64,000 nucleotides of DNA from Bacteroidales bacterium (GTDB lineage Bacteria; Bacteroidota; Bacteroidia; Bacteroidales; UBA10428): the NCBI GenBank assembly GCA_016926375.1, contig JAFGOR010000013.1, positions 1,658-65,657 of the forward strand, in the 5' to 3' direction. A program made the translations under genes and the position numbers. This document shows, piece by piece, positions 10,178 through 18,069 of this stretch. Position 1 is the first letter of the stretch. Each line of letters begins with the position of its first letter. The notes beneath the pieces are model-generated. The model worked only from the letters and a program-made list of their open reading frames with translations. It was not told where the DNA came from and did not search any database.

Positions 10178-11725
10178 ATGAGAAAAACAGCCTTACTTCT
10201 GCTTTCTTATTGTATAGCGTATTCATCCATAGCACAGGAAGCAAAAACTGATTACACCAATTACCCTGCTCCGGTAAACTTTTCCACCGGGGAGGATCAT
10301 GAGAACATGATGAAACAACTGGGCATTACCCGGTTGCGGCCCGGATTCAGCGGTAATGAGAACGATCCCAACCATGCAAATTACGATGAATCCCTTGCCA
10401 ATCCCTGTCCCCTACTCCCCGATGTACTCACGTTAAAAAACGGAAAAAAAGTTACTTCGGCTGATGTTTGGTGGAAACAGCGCAGGCCTGAGATTGCTGA
10501 AGAATTTGAACGGGAAGTTTATGGCCGTTTGCCATCGAACATTCCTGGCGTTACCTGGACCGCCAGGATAACCGACCGTGAGTTCGTAGGACGCATACCG
10601 GTGCTTGCAAAACAAATGACAGGGCATGTGGACAACAGTTCGTACCCCCTGATCAATGTGGATATCAATATGGTGGTTGTTATTCCTCTTAATGTGAAAG
10701 GGCCGGTACCTGTAATGATCCTGTTTGGCCGGCCGTCACTACCCTCCCCGGCCCAGCCCATGCCCGATGATATGGAGAAGATCAACAAAGCTTTCAGGGA
10801 AATGATGATTGCCAGTGATCCTTCATTAAAAGAAGTATTTGATAAGTACCCGGCTTATTCACCCATCACCCGGCTGCCCGGGCCCGGTTTCTTTGCACCG
10901 CCACCCGACGGAAATTCACCACCTACGGAACAGTTGCTTGCTGCCGGATGGGGATATGTTGTACTGGACCCCTCGAGCATTCAGGCTGATAATGGAGCAG
11001 GACTTACCCGGGGCATCATCGGGTTGGTTAATAAGGGTCAACCCCGGAAACCTGAAGACTGGGGGTCTCTCAGAGCCTGGGCCTGGGGTGCTGCACGCGC
11101 GCTGGATTACCTGGAAACCGACACCCTGGTTGATGCCAGAAAAGTTGGTATTGAAGGTGTTTCGCGTTATGGTAAAGCGGCCTTAGTTACCCTTGCATTC
11201 GAACCACGCTTTGCAGTGGGATTGATAGGTTCATCGGGAAAGGGAGGAGCAACGTTGCACCGCAGGTTTTATGGCGAAGCTGTAGAGAATTTGGCCGGTG
11301 GCGGAGAATACCATTGGATGGCCGGTAATTACCTGAAATATGCAGCTGAAGAATCCAAATTCGGACGTAAAACCGGTTGTGACCTTTCGGTAGATTCACA
11401 TGAACTGATAGCCCTATGTGCACCCCGCCTTACCTTTGTCAGTTATGGCATTCCCGAAAAAGGCGATGCCCATTGGCTCGACCAGAAAGGAAGCTACATG
11501 GCAGTTGTAGCCGCCGGCAGTGTATTTAAGCTGCTGGGCGCAAAAGATATCGGGGTTTCAAACGATTACATGAAGGAGCAAATGCCTCCTGTGCTAACCG
11601 GATTGCTTGACGGTGAACTCGCCTGGCGGCAGCACGATGGCGGACATACCGATGCGCCTAATTTTCAGTATTTCATTCCCTGGGCGAGTGGATTGCTGAA
11701 ATACCAGGCGGTTCCAAGGAGATGA
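10178..11725 (+). CDS. Secreted carbohydrate esterase family 15 (glucuronoyl esterase)-like alpha/beta hydrolase
   Basis: 515 aa with a signal peptide (LLLLSYCIAYSSIAQE). It has the nucleophile motif GVSRYGKAAL (the CE15 G-x-S-R-x-G type) and a C-terminal HDGGHTD histidine region. Confidence 0.65.
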   Translation: MRKTALLLLSYCIAYSSIAQEAKTDYTNYPAPVNFSTGEDHENMMKQLGITRLRPGFSGNENDPNHANYDESLANPCPLLPDVLTLKNGKKVTSADVWWKQRRPEIAEEFEREVYGRLPSNIPGVTWTARITDREFVGRIPVLAKQMTGHVDNSSYPLINVDINMVVVIPLNVKGPVPVMILFGRPSLPSPAQPMPDDMEKINKAFREMMIASDPSLKEVFDKYPAYSPITRLPGPGFFAPPPDGNSPPTEQLLAAGWGYVVLDPSSIQADNGAGLTRGIIGLVNKGQPRKPEDWGSLRAWAWGAARALDYLETDTLVDARKVGIEGVSRYGKAALVTLAFEPRFAVGLIGSSGKGGATLHRRFYGEAVENLAGGGEYHWMAGNYLKYAAEESKFGRKTGCDLSVDSHELIALCAPRLTFVSYGIPEKGDAHWLDQKGSYMAVVAAGSVFKLLGAKDIGVSNDYMKEQMPPVLTGLLDGELAWRQHDGGHTDAPNFQYFIPWASGLLKYQAVPRR

Positions 11726-11802
11726 TCAATGATTTAGGATCGAAGAGCCAAACTTGCTTACTGTTTGGCAGGAACCAAGATAATGGCTGTCAAATCGCAA
11801 CT

Positions 11803-11858
11803 CCCAACACCCAAAACCCATGCATCCAGCATCAAGTATCCAGCATCGAATATCAATT
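11803..11858. repeat. Degenerate heptanucleotide tandem repeat, 8 units (cccaaca cccaaaa cccatgc atccagc atcaagt atccagc atcgaat atcaatt)
   Basis: A 7-nt period is read directly. The units atccagc are the reverse complement (cyclic permutation) of the ctggatg units at 17368-17409. A 9-bp hairpin follows, aacatcgaa (11876-11884) pairing with ttcgatgtt (11893-11901). Confidence 0.7.
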
Positions 11859-11912
11859 GTTTACGGAACATCGAACAATGAATTTCGATGTTTGCATTCT
11901 ATTGCATAAAGC

Positions 11913-12431
11913 TTACATCCTAAAAAACACCCTGAAAGTACCATCCGTGTTTTTGATCAGCCAGTGCTTATAGCCCAGGCTCAGCGATTTATCAAGTAAT
12001 GGTGCCGGAACAAAAGGTGCAATAATTTCGAGGATTTGGTTATCGCTCAGCTTGCGGATGGCGGCAAGTACTTCGTGAACCGGTTGTTCATCGCGATTCA
12101 GCATTTCGCGGATATCAATTGTGTTAACAACATTCTGATGACTGAACCATTCGGGTTGAACCGTATTGTACTTATTGCCGGCATCGTCAATGGCTTCGAT
12201 ACTTCCCTGTCCCACTTCCTTGCGCAAACGGTTTACCAGTTCTTCCACATTCAGTCCGCCCACAATGGCAGCCTGACTGATACTGGTAATTCGGGCAATG
12301 GTTTTCCGAAGCACCGGGTTTTTCAGTCTCCTGAATTCGGGAGCCATTTCAATAAGCACTTCTTCCAGGGAAGGATAGGCATCAAGCAGATCGTATATTT
12401 TGGTCTTGGGAGTAATGATGAGTTTTTCCAT
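11913..12431 (-). CDS. DUF1858 + DUF2249 domain protein
   Basis: 172 aa. The N-terminus (ITPKTKIYDLLDAYPSLEEVLIEMAPEFRRLKNPVLRKTIARITSISQAA) is DUF1858-like. The C-terminus (DIREMLNRDEQPVHEVLAAIRKL...LEIIAPFVPAPLL) is DUF2249-like. Confidence 0.65.
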   Translation of the reverse strand: MEKLIITPKTKIYDLLDAYPSLEEVLIEMAPEFRRLKNPVLRKTIARITSISQAAIVGGLNVEELVNRLRKEVGQGSIEAIDDAGNKYNTVQPEWFSHQNVVNTIDIREMLNRDEQPVHEVLAAIRKLSDNQILEIIAPFVPAPLLDKSLSLGYKHWLIKNTDGTFRVFFRM

Positions 12432-12490
12432 AATGGTTTTCGTCTATTAAAAATGAATTCAGCCTGGCATCAGGAACAACAGAAAAAAAC

Positions 12491-13741
12491 TCATTTGGTT
12501 CCTGAATTTCCCGAATAGGAAAGGATGCGCTGTTCACCTTCCAATTTACGAAGTTCAGCCAGGTCCTGCGATACTTCCAGCGTGCCCAGGTATTCACCCT
12601 GCTCATCACGGAGCGCAAAATATTCAATGTGAATGAATTTTCCCTTCATCTGAATCCAGAACGGCGCATGTGATGCACGGCCCGATTTGAAATCGTCTAT
12701 AATTTTTTCAATAATATGAACGCTTCCCGGAGGGTGGCACAGTCGAACATCACGGTTGATAATCGACCTGCTGCGGGCAAAAATACGTTCGCTACCCTGG
12801 GTGAAGTACTTCACCTTATCGTTCTTGTCAACAAACGTCATGTCAAACGGAATCGTATTCAGAATGGCCATAATTTCGGCAGCAGTAAATGATCCCGATG
12901 GAAGTTGAACGGACCCATCACCCCTGGAGGCCACTTGTTCATCGGCTTTACCTGAAAGCCCTTCAGGTTTCCATTCAACCGGAGGATCGTAAAGTGTGAA
13001 GCCAAATTCGAGGGTTTGCTTGTGAATACTCCACCAGTCATCGGTTGTAAGCACATCCAGACACATGGGAAAGAGAATGTCCGATTCCTTTTTGGTCATA
13101 TCAGCCAGGGCCCTGAGCACAGGAACAAACAAAATCTCAAGCGCATCTTCCAAATCGCTTTTCTGCAATCCTTCAGTACGCAATATTTCAATACAGGCTT
13201 TGAGCTGATCGCGAATTTCATCATGCTTTCCCCACATCACCTTGGGGGGGCCGGTAATGTCGTTTTTCTCGAGATAAGGAAAAACAAGGTATTCCTTCCG
13301 CTGGTAATGTTTATCAACATCCATCAGCGCATTGAAATGACCGAGCAACTGCATGGCATAATCGCTGAATTTATCGGCACTCACTGCATGCAGGGTACCC
13401 AGCATGGTTTCAGCTTTCTGAATCACGGCAAGCAATTCCTTGTTTTCATTGCGAAAAATATCTACCGGGTGGCCTTCGGGAACAACCTTGGAACCACTTA
13501 CGTCGATATGACCATCGAGCACCTCGCCATGTATGTCACAGAGCCTGAGCACCTCGGTTTCGGGCAATCCTTCAGCTATAAGTTCCTGCTCTACCTCCAC
13601 CACTTCGCCATAGGGGATTTGTTGCAGTGTACTGATAAGTTCAGCACGCACAGCGGCCGGATCTTCACCGGCATGAAGTTTCAGGATAAGTGATTTCAGC
13701 TTTTCCTTGCGGAAAAATGAGTTGTTGATGAGTTCGCTCAT
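12491..13741 (-). CDS. DUF438 / hemerythrin-like / PAS domain protein
   Basis: 416 aa. N-terminal DUF438 region (KLKSLILKLHAGEDPAAVRAEL...YGEVVEVEQELIAEG). The central region is His/Glu-rich and hemerythrin-like (HGEVL, VDKHYQRKEYLVFPYLEK, WGKHDEIRD). C-terminal PAS-like module (IPFDMTFVDKNDKVKYF...). Confidence 0.7.
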   Translation of the reverse strand: MSELINNSFFRKEKLKSLILKLHAGEDPAAVRAELISTLQQIPYGEVVEVEQELIAEGLPETEVLRLCDIHGEVLDGHIDVSGSKVVPEGHPVDIFRNENKELLAVIQKAETMLGTLHAVSADKFSDYAMQLLGHFNALMDVDKHYQRKEYLVFPYLEKNDITGPPKVMWGKHDEIRDQLKACIEILRTEGLQKSDLEDALEILFVPVLRALADMTKKESDILFPMCLDVLTTDDWWSIHKQTLEFGFTLYDPPVEWKPEGLSGKADEQVASRGDGSVQLPSGSFTAAEIMAILNTIPFDMTFVDKNDKVKYFTQGSERIFARSRSIINRDVRLCHPPGSVHIIEKIIDDFKSGRASHAPFWIQMKGKFIHIEYFALRDEQGEYLGTLEVSQDLAELRKLEGEQRILSYSGNSGTK

Positions 13742-13755
13742 GACATCGGTTTTTA

Positions 13756-15294
13756 CTAATTTACAACATTTCCAGCTTTCTTTTGTTTCCGGCGGTATAA
13801 AAAATACCCGCTGATCACAACCATCAGTGCAACAATACCGGTAAGAGGAACTATGAGTATGTAAAACACTCCGGTTAATCCCTGAAAAATTCGACCCGTA
13901 TGTACCTCAAGCGCAAAGTTCCACAGCGACATGCCCGCATCACTCAGCACATGCTCAGGCATATCCGGAAAGGTTCGGTTGTGACCAAATGGTATAACCC
14001 CCTGTTCATAATCAATTACATAGCGATTGCCAGCGGCATCACAAATTGTTCCGGTTACCTTAAGATCACCAACCGGTGGGCCATCCTGTGCTCCTTTATA
14101 TATGGAACCTGCGACGGCATCATATACTTCGGGAGTTTCTGTATTCCACAAATACAAGCCGGTAAACGAGCCTACCAGGTAAGTTGTTCCACCATACAGT
14201 TCAAAGGTATTGATACCCATAACGCTCACCGGTGGCTGATTTACAAATGGCTCTGGTGCTCCGCCACCAGGCATAAACTCGAATATACCGTCGGCAGTAG
14301 CCAGTAATAGGGTCTTCTTTTGTGGGTTGTATAAGACGTCCCTCAACTTGTCGTACCAAGGGTTGCGCTGATCCAGGTGTGTGAATTTTACCGGGGCAAT
14401 ACGTGCTTTGGCAATAAACAGCAGCAATGGCGGCCTAAGAAACATACCTGTAAGAAAGAGAACAGTTAAGAAAATAAAGAGCCACGACCCGGCAAAATTG
14501 TGCCACTTAAGCGACCAGCGTGTGGCCGAGGCCAGTTTGCCAACCGGTTTTTTTCGGTGACTCCGGCGTTTGATCAGCCCGGGAAAAAAGAAGTACAGGA
14601 TTCCGGTTACAGAAAGTAAAATGGCTATCACGCCCATAAAATCGACCCATAGCTTTCCAGGCAGCCCCAGAATTTCGCCCGAATGAATCTGCCAGACGGT
14701 TTCAAACAAGGTAACCTTACCGTCATATCGTACAGGAGCCGGTAACTCGGAACGGGTGAACCGGGTTTCAATGCCTTCTGACAAACCGGTATACAGATGC
14801 GACCTGCTTAGGGCATATACGGTATCGCCAATACTTTCGATACCAGTGAACCGCTGCTTTGGATCTTCTGTGTCAACGCATTGCCACATGTCTGCCTCCC
14901 TGCTGTACGCATACAAACCAAACAAAGAAGCGGCATAAAGATGACCATTGGCCGAGCGGTGTATATCGGCAATTTTTATGTTATCGCTTCCCCTGGGAAA
15001 TCCCAGATGAAATGGACGGAAATCACTGAACGTTGAATCAGTAAGCCAGATACCCATGTTGCCATACAGCAGAATGCTGTCCGTTCCCAATGAAAGGCTT
15101 CCTTTTAAGGCTGCATTATTCCAGTTCCGGTAATGGTAGCCTTCGGGCAATGCTTCACGCGGAAGATCGATGCCTGAGATGAGTTCCCTGTGATTCATCA
15201 GAATACCGGTTACGGCATAATAAATGAGTACAAAAGCAATTATAAGACCCGGCCACTTATGCAGCCTTTTAAAAATATTCCCTTTTCCCGCCAT
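13756..15294 (-). CDS. PepSY-associated transmembrane-helix membrane protein
   Basis: 512 aa. N-terminal motif KWPGLIIAFVLIYYAVTGILMNHRE, with four predicted TM helices separated by two large extracytoplasmic regions and C-terminal basic residues. Confidence 0.6.
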   Translation of the reverse strand: MAGKGNIFKRLHKWPGLIIAFVLIYYAVTGILMNHRELISGIDLPREALPEGYHYRNWNNAALKGSLSLGTDSILLYGNMGIWLTDSTFSDFRPFHLGFPRGSDNIKIADIHRSANGHLYAASLFGLYAYSREADMWQCVDTEDPKQRFTGIESIGDTVYALSRSHLYTGLSEGIETRFTRSELPAPVRYDGKVTLFETVWQIHSGEILGLPGKLWVDFMGVIAILLSVTGILYFFFPGLIKRRSHRKKPVGKLASATRWSLKWHNFAGSWLFIFLTVLFLTGMFLRPPLLLFIAKARIAPVKFTHLDQRNPWYDKLRDVLYNPQKKTLLLATADGIFEFMPGGGAPEPFVNQPPVSVMGINTFELYGGTTYLVGSFTGLYLWNTETPEVYDAVAGSIYKGAQDGPPVGDLKVTGTICDAAGNRYVIDYEQGVIPFGHNRTFPDMPEHVLSDAGMSLWNFALEVHTGRIFQGLTGVFYILIVPLTGIVALMVVISGYFLYRRKQKKAGNVVN

Positions 15295-15311
15295 GGTGAA
15301 ACAGAATAATA

Positions 15312-15800
15312 TCAGGACGCAATACGCTTGGTTTTACCAGACCACTGGTTTATATCAAGGCAGATGACAGCAGTAAGGCTGAGAGATTGGCGGGCATATT
15401 GCATGCCGGCGGTTTTATCATCAGGTGAGTATTTATCAAGCAGCAATTCCAGTGCTTTCATACGCTCAGTGTCATCCGTTACCAGTTGCGCAGTGCACGA
15501 CAACACTATACTTTCATAGGCTGTGGTAAACTTGTCAGGTATTACGCGCGTACGACCAACAACACAGAAAGATACATGCTCATTTTTTGCAATGCAATGC
15601 AGTTTATGACCTTCCGAAGCGCAATGAAGGTATAATAAAGAATGGCCATCCCAGGCATAATTAACAGGTATGCCATAAGATCTGCCCTCCTCGTTTTGCA
15701 TGGATAAAACACCGTATTCGCCTTGCTGTAAAAGTTGTTTCGCTTCTGATTCGTTCATCAGGCGGTCCTGCCTTCTTACACCATCATTACTGTAATGCAT
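15312..15800 (-). CDS. Pyridoxamine 5'-phosphate oxidase family (Pyridox_ox_2, Nim-like) flavoprotein
   Basis: 162 aa. RRQDRLMNESEAKQLLQQGEYGVLSM...GIPVNYAWDGHSLLYLHCASEGHKLHCIAKNEHVSFCVV matches the split-barrel Nim/PNPOx pattern. Confidence 0.7.
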   Translation of the reverse strand: MHYSNDGVRRQDRLMNESEAKQLLQQGEYGVLSMQNEEGRSYGIPVNYAWDGHSLLYLHCASEGHKLHCIAKNEHVSFCVVGRTRVIPDKFTTAYESIVLSCTAQLVTDDTERMKALELLLDKYSPDDKTAGMQYARQSLSLTAVICLDINQWSGKTKRIAS

Positions 15801-15943
15801 ATATATCCCTTTTTGTGACTATTGAAAATTGGATTGTCAGCAAAAATAGGAAGTTTGATCTATCAAAATAAGTAAGATATCTTTTTTTATATTTACCTTC
15901 TGATTTTTATTTAAACAGTGGCCGACTCAGGAAATATTGCAGT

Positions 15944-16651
15944 ATGAATATAACACTCCGCATTCACATTTTTCAACATGTTCCATTTGAAGGACCGGCA
16001 GCCATAAAAGTATGGGCGGAAAAAAACGGGCATATGCTGAGCTACACCAGGTTTTTCAACAACGACAAATTGCCCGAACCCGATGAAATCGACTGGCTGG
16101 TAATTATGGGCGGACCCATGGGTGTTTATGATCAGGAGCAATACCCGTGGCTGAAAACAGAAATAGATTTCATCCGCAAAGCCATGGAACAATCAAAAGT
16201 GGTCATCGGCATCTGCCTTGGGGCACAACTCATTGCTGCAGCGTTGGGTGCCAAAGTGCATCGCGGCTCCTTGCCCGAAATCGGCTGGTTTCCGATAAGA
16301 ATTAACCCCAAGGCTGCCAACCAGAATGGTTTGGGCTTTCTTCCACCCGAAGCTGTTGTATTCCATTGGCATCAGGACACTTTTGAAATACCCGAAGGAG
16401 CAACCTTACTTGCCTCCTCCGAAGCTTTCCCCAACCAGGCCTTTGTATACGGAAACCGTGTGCTCGCGCTGCAATTTCATTTCGAAATGGATGAAACTGC
16501 GCTGAAAAGCATCATCAGCAATGGCCACGATGAGCTTGTTTCCGGTACCTGGGTACAAACCGCCCCGGAAATCCTTAATCGGTTGCCGCTGATTAAAGAA
16601 AACAACTCGTTTTTGTTTCACCTGCTTGATGGGATGGCAAATAAAACATAG
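15944..16651 (+). CDS. Class I glutamine amidotransferase (GMP-synthase-like GATase1 domain protein)
   Basis: 235 aa. Nucleophile elbow GICLGAQLIAAALG, a downstream HWHQDTFEIP motif and a FHFE histidine/glutamate. Confidence 0.75.
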   Translation: MNITLRIHIFQHVPFEGPAAIKVWAEKNGHMLSYTRFFNNDKLPEPDEIDWLVIMGGPMGVYDQEQYPWLKTEIDFIRKAMEQSKVVIGICLGAQLIAAALGAKVHRGSLPEIGWFPIRINPKAANQNGLGFLPPEAVVFHWHQDTFEIPEGATLLASSEAFPNQAFVYGNRVLALQFHFEMDETALKSIISNGHDELVSGTWVQTAPEILNRLPLIKENNSFLFHLLDGMANKT

Positions 16652-16703
16652 ATCACTTCTCAAAAAACAATGCTATCTTTAAGTCGGTAAAATATGTATT
16701 GTA

Positions 16704-17351
16704 ATGGAAGCTATGCCTGACTTTGGTCTTTTTATTTCCACTGTTTTTCTTGGTTTCTTTGCCATTCTGAATCCCATAGGCAACACACCGGTATTTATGT
16801 CGATGGTGGGTGATGCCGACCGGGGTATTATTAAAAAAGTGGCCTTTAAATCGGTTCTTGTTGCTTTTGTGATCATCACCCTATTCAGCCTCTTCGGTCA
16901 CATCATTTTCCGGCTTTTTAACATCACCTTGCCGGCATTTCAGATTGCAGGCGGTATTATTGTATTCTTCATAGGTTACGACCTGCTGAAAGGCAAATCT
17001 TCAAATGCACAAAGGTCAAAGGTTTTAGACACCAGCTCAGCCTATGAGGAAATGGCCGTTTCGCCGCTGGGCATACCCCTGCTTGCAGGACCGGGTACCA
17101 TTTCCACTGCCATGAATTTTGTGGGTCAGGGAAAAAGCTTTATGATTACCCTGTTGGTTATTCTGGTATTTGCCATCGTTTGTGTAATCACTTACTGGAT
17201 GTTCATTGTCAGCCACCGCATTGCCGATAAGTTAAAACCTTCACTAATCAAGGCCATCTCCCGGATCATGGGACTGATCCTTGCAGTAATTGCCGTTCAG
17301 ATGATCATCAATGGTGTCTTTAATATTATCAGGGAATTCCCTGTACAATAA
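16704..17351 (+). CDS. MarC-family (UPF0056) integral membrane protein
   Basis: 215 aa, about 6 TM helices, with ILNPIGNTPVFMSM and GPGTISTAM motifs. Confidence 0.75.
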   Translation: MEAMPDFGLFISTVFLGFFAILNPIGNTPVFMSMVGDADRGIIKKVAFKSVLVAFVIITLFSLFGHIIFRLFNITLPAFQIAGGIIVFFIGYDLLKGKSSNAQRSKVLDTSSAYEEMAVSPLGIPLLAGPGTISTAMNFVGQGKSFMITLLVILVFAIVCVITYWMFIVSHRIADKLKPSLIKAISRIMGLILAVIAVQMIINGVFNIIREFPVQ

Positions 17352-17367
17352 TTGGGACAAGGGACTT

Positions 17368-17409
17368 CTGGATGCTGGATGCTGGATACTGGATGCTGGA
17401 TGCTGGATA
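17368..17409. repeat. Heptanucleotide tandem repeat, CTGGATR x6 (a 21-nt super-unit ctggatgctggatgctggata x2)
   Basis: Read directly from the sequence. Confidence 0.9.
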
Positions 17410-17431
17410 CCTGCCTGGCCGGTAGGCAGGT
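17409..17431. repeat. Imperfect GC-rich palindrome acctgcc-tggccggta-ggcaggt
   Basis: 7-bp arms. A perfect 22-bp version (acctgcctgccggcaggcaggt) occurs at 62316-62337. Confidence 0.85.
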
Positions 17432-17437
17432 GTGTGT

Positions 17438-17458
17438 GATTTGGGATTTAAGATTTGA
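17438..17458. repeat. Heptanucleotide tandem repeat, GATTTRR x3 (gatttgg gatttaa gatttga)
   Basis: Read directly from the sequence. Confidence 0.8.
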
Positions 17459-17459
17459 C

Positions 17460-17513
17460 TGCCGCTGCTACTGCTACTGCTGCTGCCACTGCTACTGCAT
17501 CTGCTACTGCTAC
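17460..17513. repeat. Hexanucleotide tandem repeat, TGCYRC x9 (tgccgc tgctac tgctac tgctgc tgccac tgctac tgcatc tgctac tgctac)
   Basis: Read directly from the sequence. It abuts or overlaps the stop codon (17510-17512) of the minus-strand TfoX-like gene. The reverse-complement version is at 62235-62259. Confidence 0.9.
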
Positions 17514-17839
17514 TTCTTCTTCACCATCCTGTGAAAGGCCTTCAGCTCCTCTTTTCGCTCCTGTGAAAGTTCTGTCGCTTTTATTCCGCTCACAGCACCA
17601 TCGAGTCCATACAACAATTGAATACATGCTCCCGGATCCATGGCCTGAAGCCTGAGAAAAGCCTGCTCTGTTCCTACAGACTTGAGTTTGCTGACTGAAT
17701 CGATGCCTGCCAGCTTCAGTTTGGCTTCAGTATCCTTTCCGATGTTCACGCATCCTAAAAGATCATCAACTGTATGCCGCCTGTTTTTGTTTGCTTTCAT
17801 GAACTTTTCCAATTGTGTTGGTAAGATATCCGGAAACAA
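17510..17839 (-). CDS. TfoX/Sxy C-terminal-domain-only protein
   Basis: 109-aa ORF; an alternative start at 17800 gives MKANKNRR.... The segment LLGCVNIGKDTEAKLKLAGIDSVSKLKSVGTEQAFLRLQAMDPGACIQLLYGLDGAVSGIKATELSQERKEEL resembles the helix-hairpin-helix TfoX_C domain. Confidence 0.55.
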   Translation of the reverse strand: MFPDILPTQLEKFMKANKNRRHTVDDLLGCVNIGKDTEAKLKLAGIDSVSKLKSVGTEQAFLRLQAMDPGACIQLLYGLDGAVSGIKATELSQERKEELKAFHRMVKKK

Positions 17840-18019
17840 ATATAGGGTATGACGGTGACAACTGTATGTCAGTTATCACACAGCCTTTCTGTACCAATTC
17901 ATTTTTAGCTTTTTTTAACAATCCACAAAAAACATAATAATTCTCAGAAAGCCAAAAAATTACAAACCATCATCAAAAAAATGGTAGCAGCGCCTGTTTT
18001 CAGGTTTTTAATCGATTTT

Positions 18020-18027
18020 TATATTTG
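18020..18027 (+). promoter_or_regulatory. Candidate Bacteroidota -7 promoter box TATATTTG (consensus TAnnTTTG)
   Basis: Exact match to TAnnTTTG, 43 nt upstream of ATG 18070. No clean -33 TTTG was seen. Confidence 0.35.
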
Positions 18028-18057
18028 CAAACCGTACTTTATTTCATTTAAAAAACT

Positions 18058-18063
18058 GGAGGA
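18058..18063 (+). promoter_or_regulatory. Shine-Dalgarno-like GGAGGA before the NEW3-domain gene
   Basis: ggagga lies 6-7 nt upstream of ATG 18070. Confidence 0.6.
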
Positions 18064-18069
18064 TTTTTT

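Noticed and set aside
11722-11973. 83-aa plus-strand ORF in the CE15/DUF1858 spacer
   Set aside because: It reads through the degenerate heptamer array and overlaps the 3' end of the convergent gene. It has no start context.
13016-13693. 225-aa plus-strand ORF inside the DUF438-hemerythrin gene. The same applies to other long antisense ORFs, for example 12036-12518, 51781-52311, 52775-53245, 59347-59814, 29546-29977 and 6929-7375.
   Set aside because: All lie fully within, and antisense to, genes with strong family signatures. None has a motif or plausible start context.
17352-17655. Two ORFs, 17352-17534 (Cys-rich MGQGTSGCWMLDTGCWMLDT...CYCYCCCHCYCICYCY) and 17455-17655 (MTAAATATAAATATASATAT...), that look like exotic Cys-rich or Ala/Thr-repeat peptides
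   Set aside because: Both are read-throughs of the 7-nt and 6-nt tandem repeats. The first uses a TTG start with no ribosome-binding context, and the second runs antisense into the TfoX-like gene. The amino-acid periodicity simply mirrors the DNA repeats.
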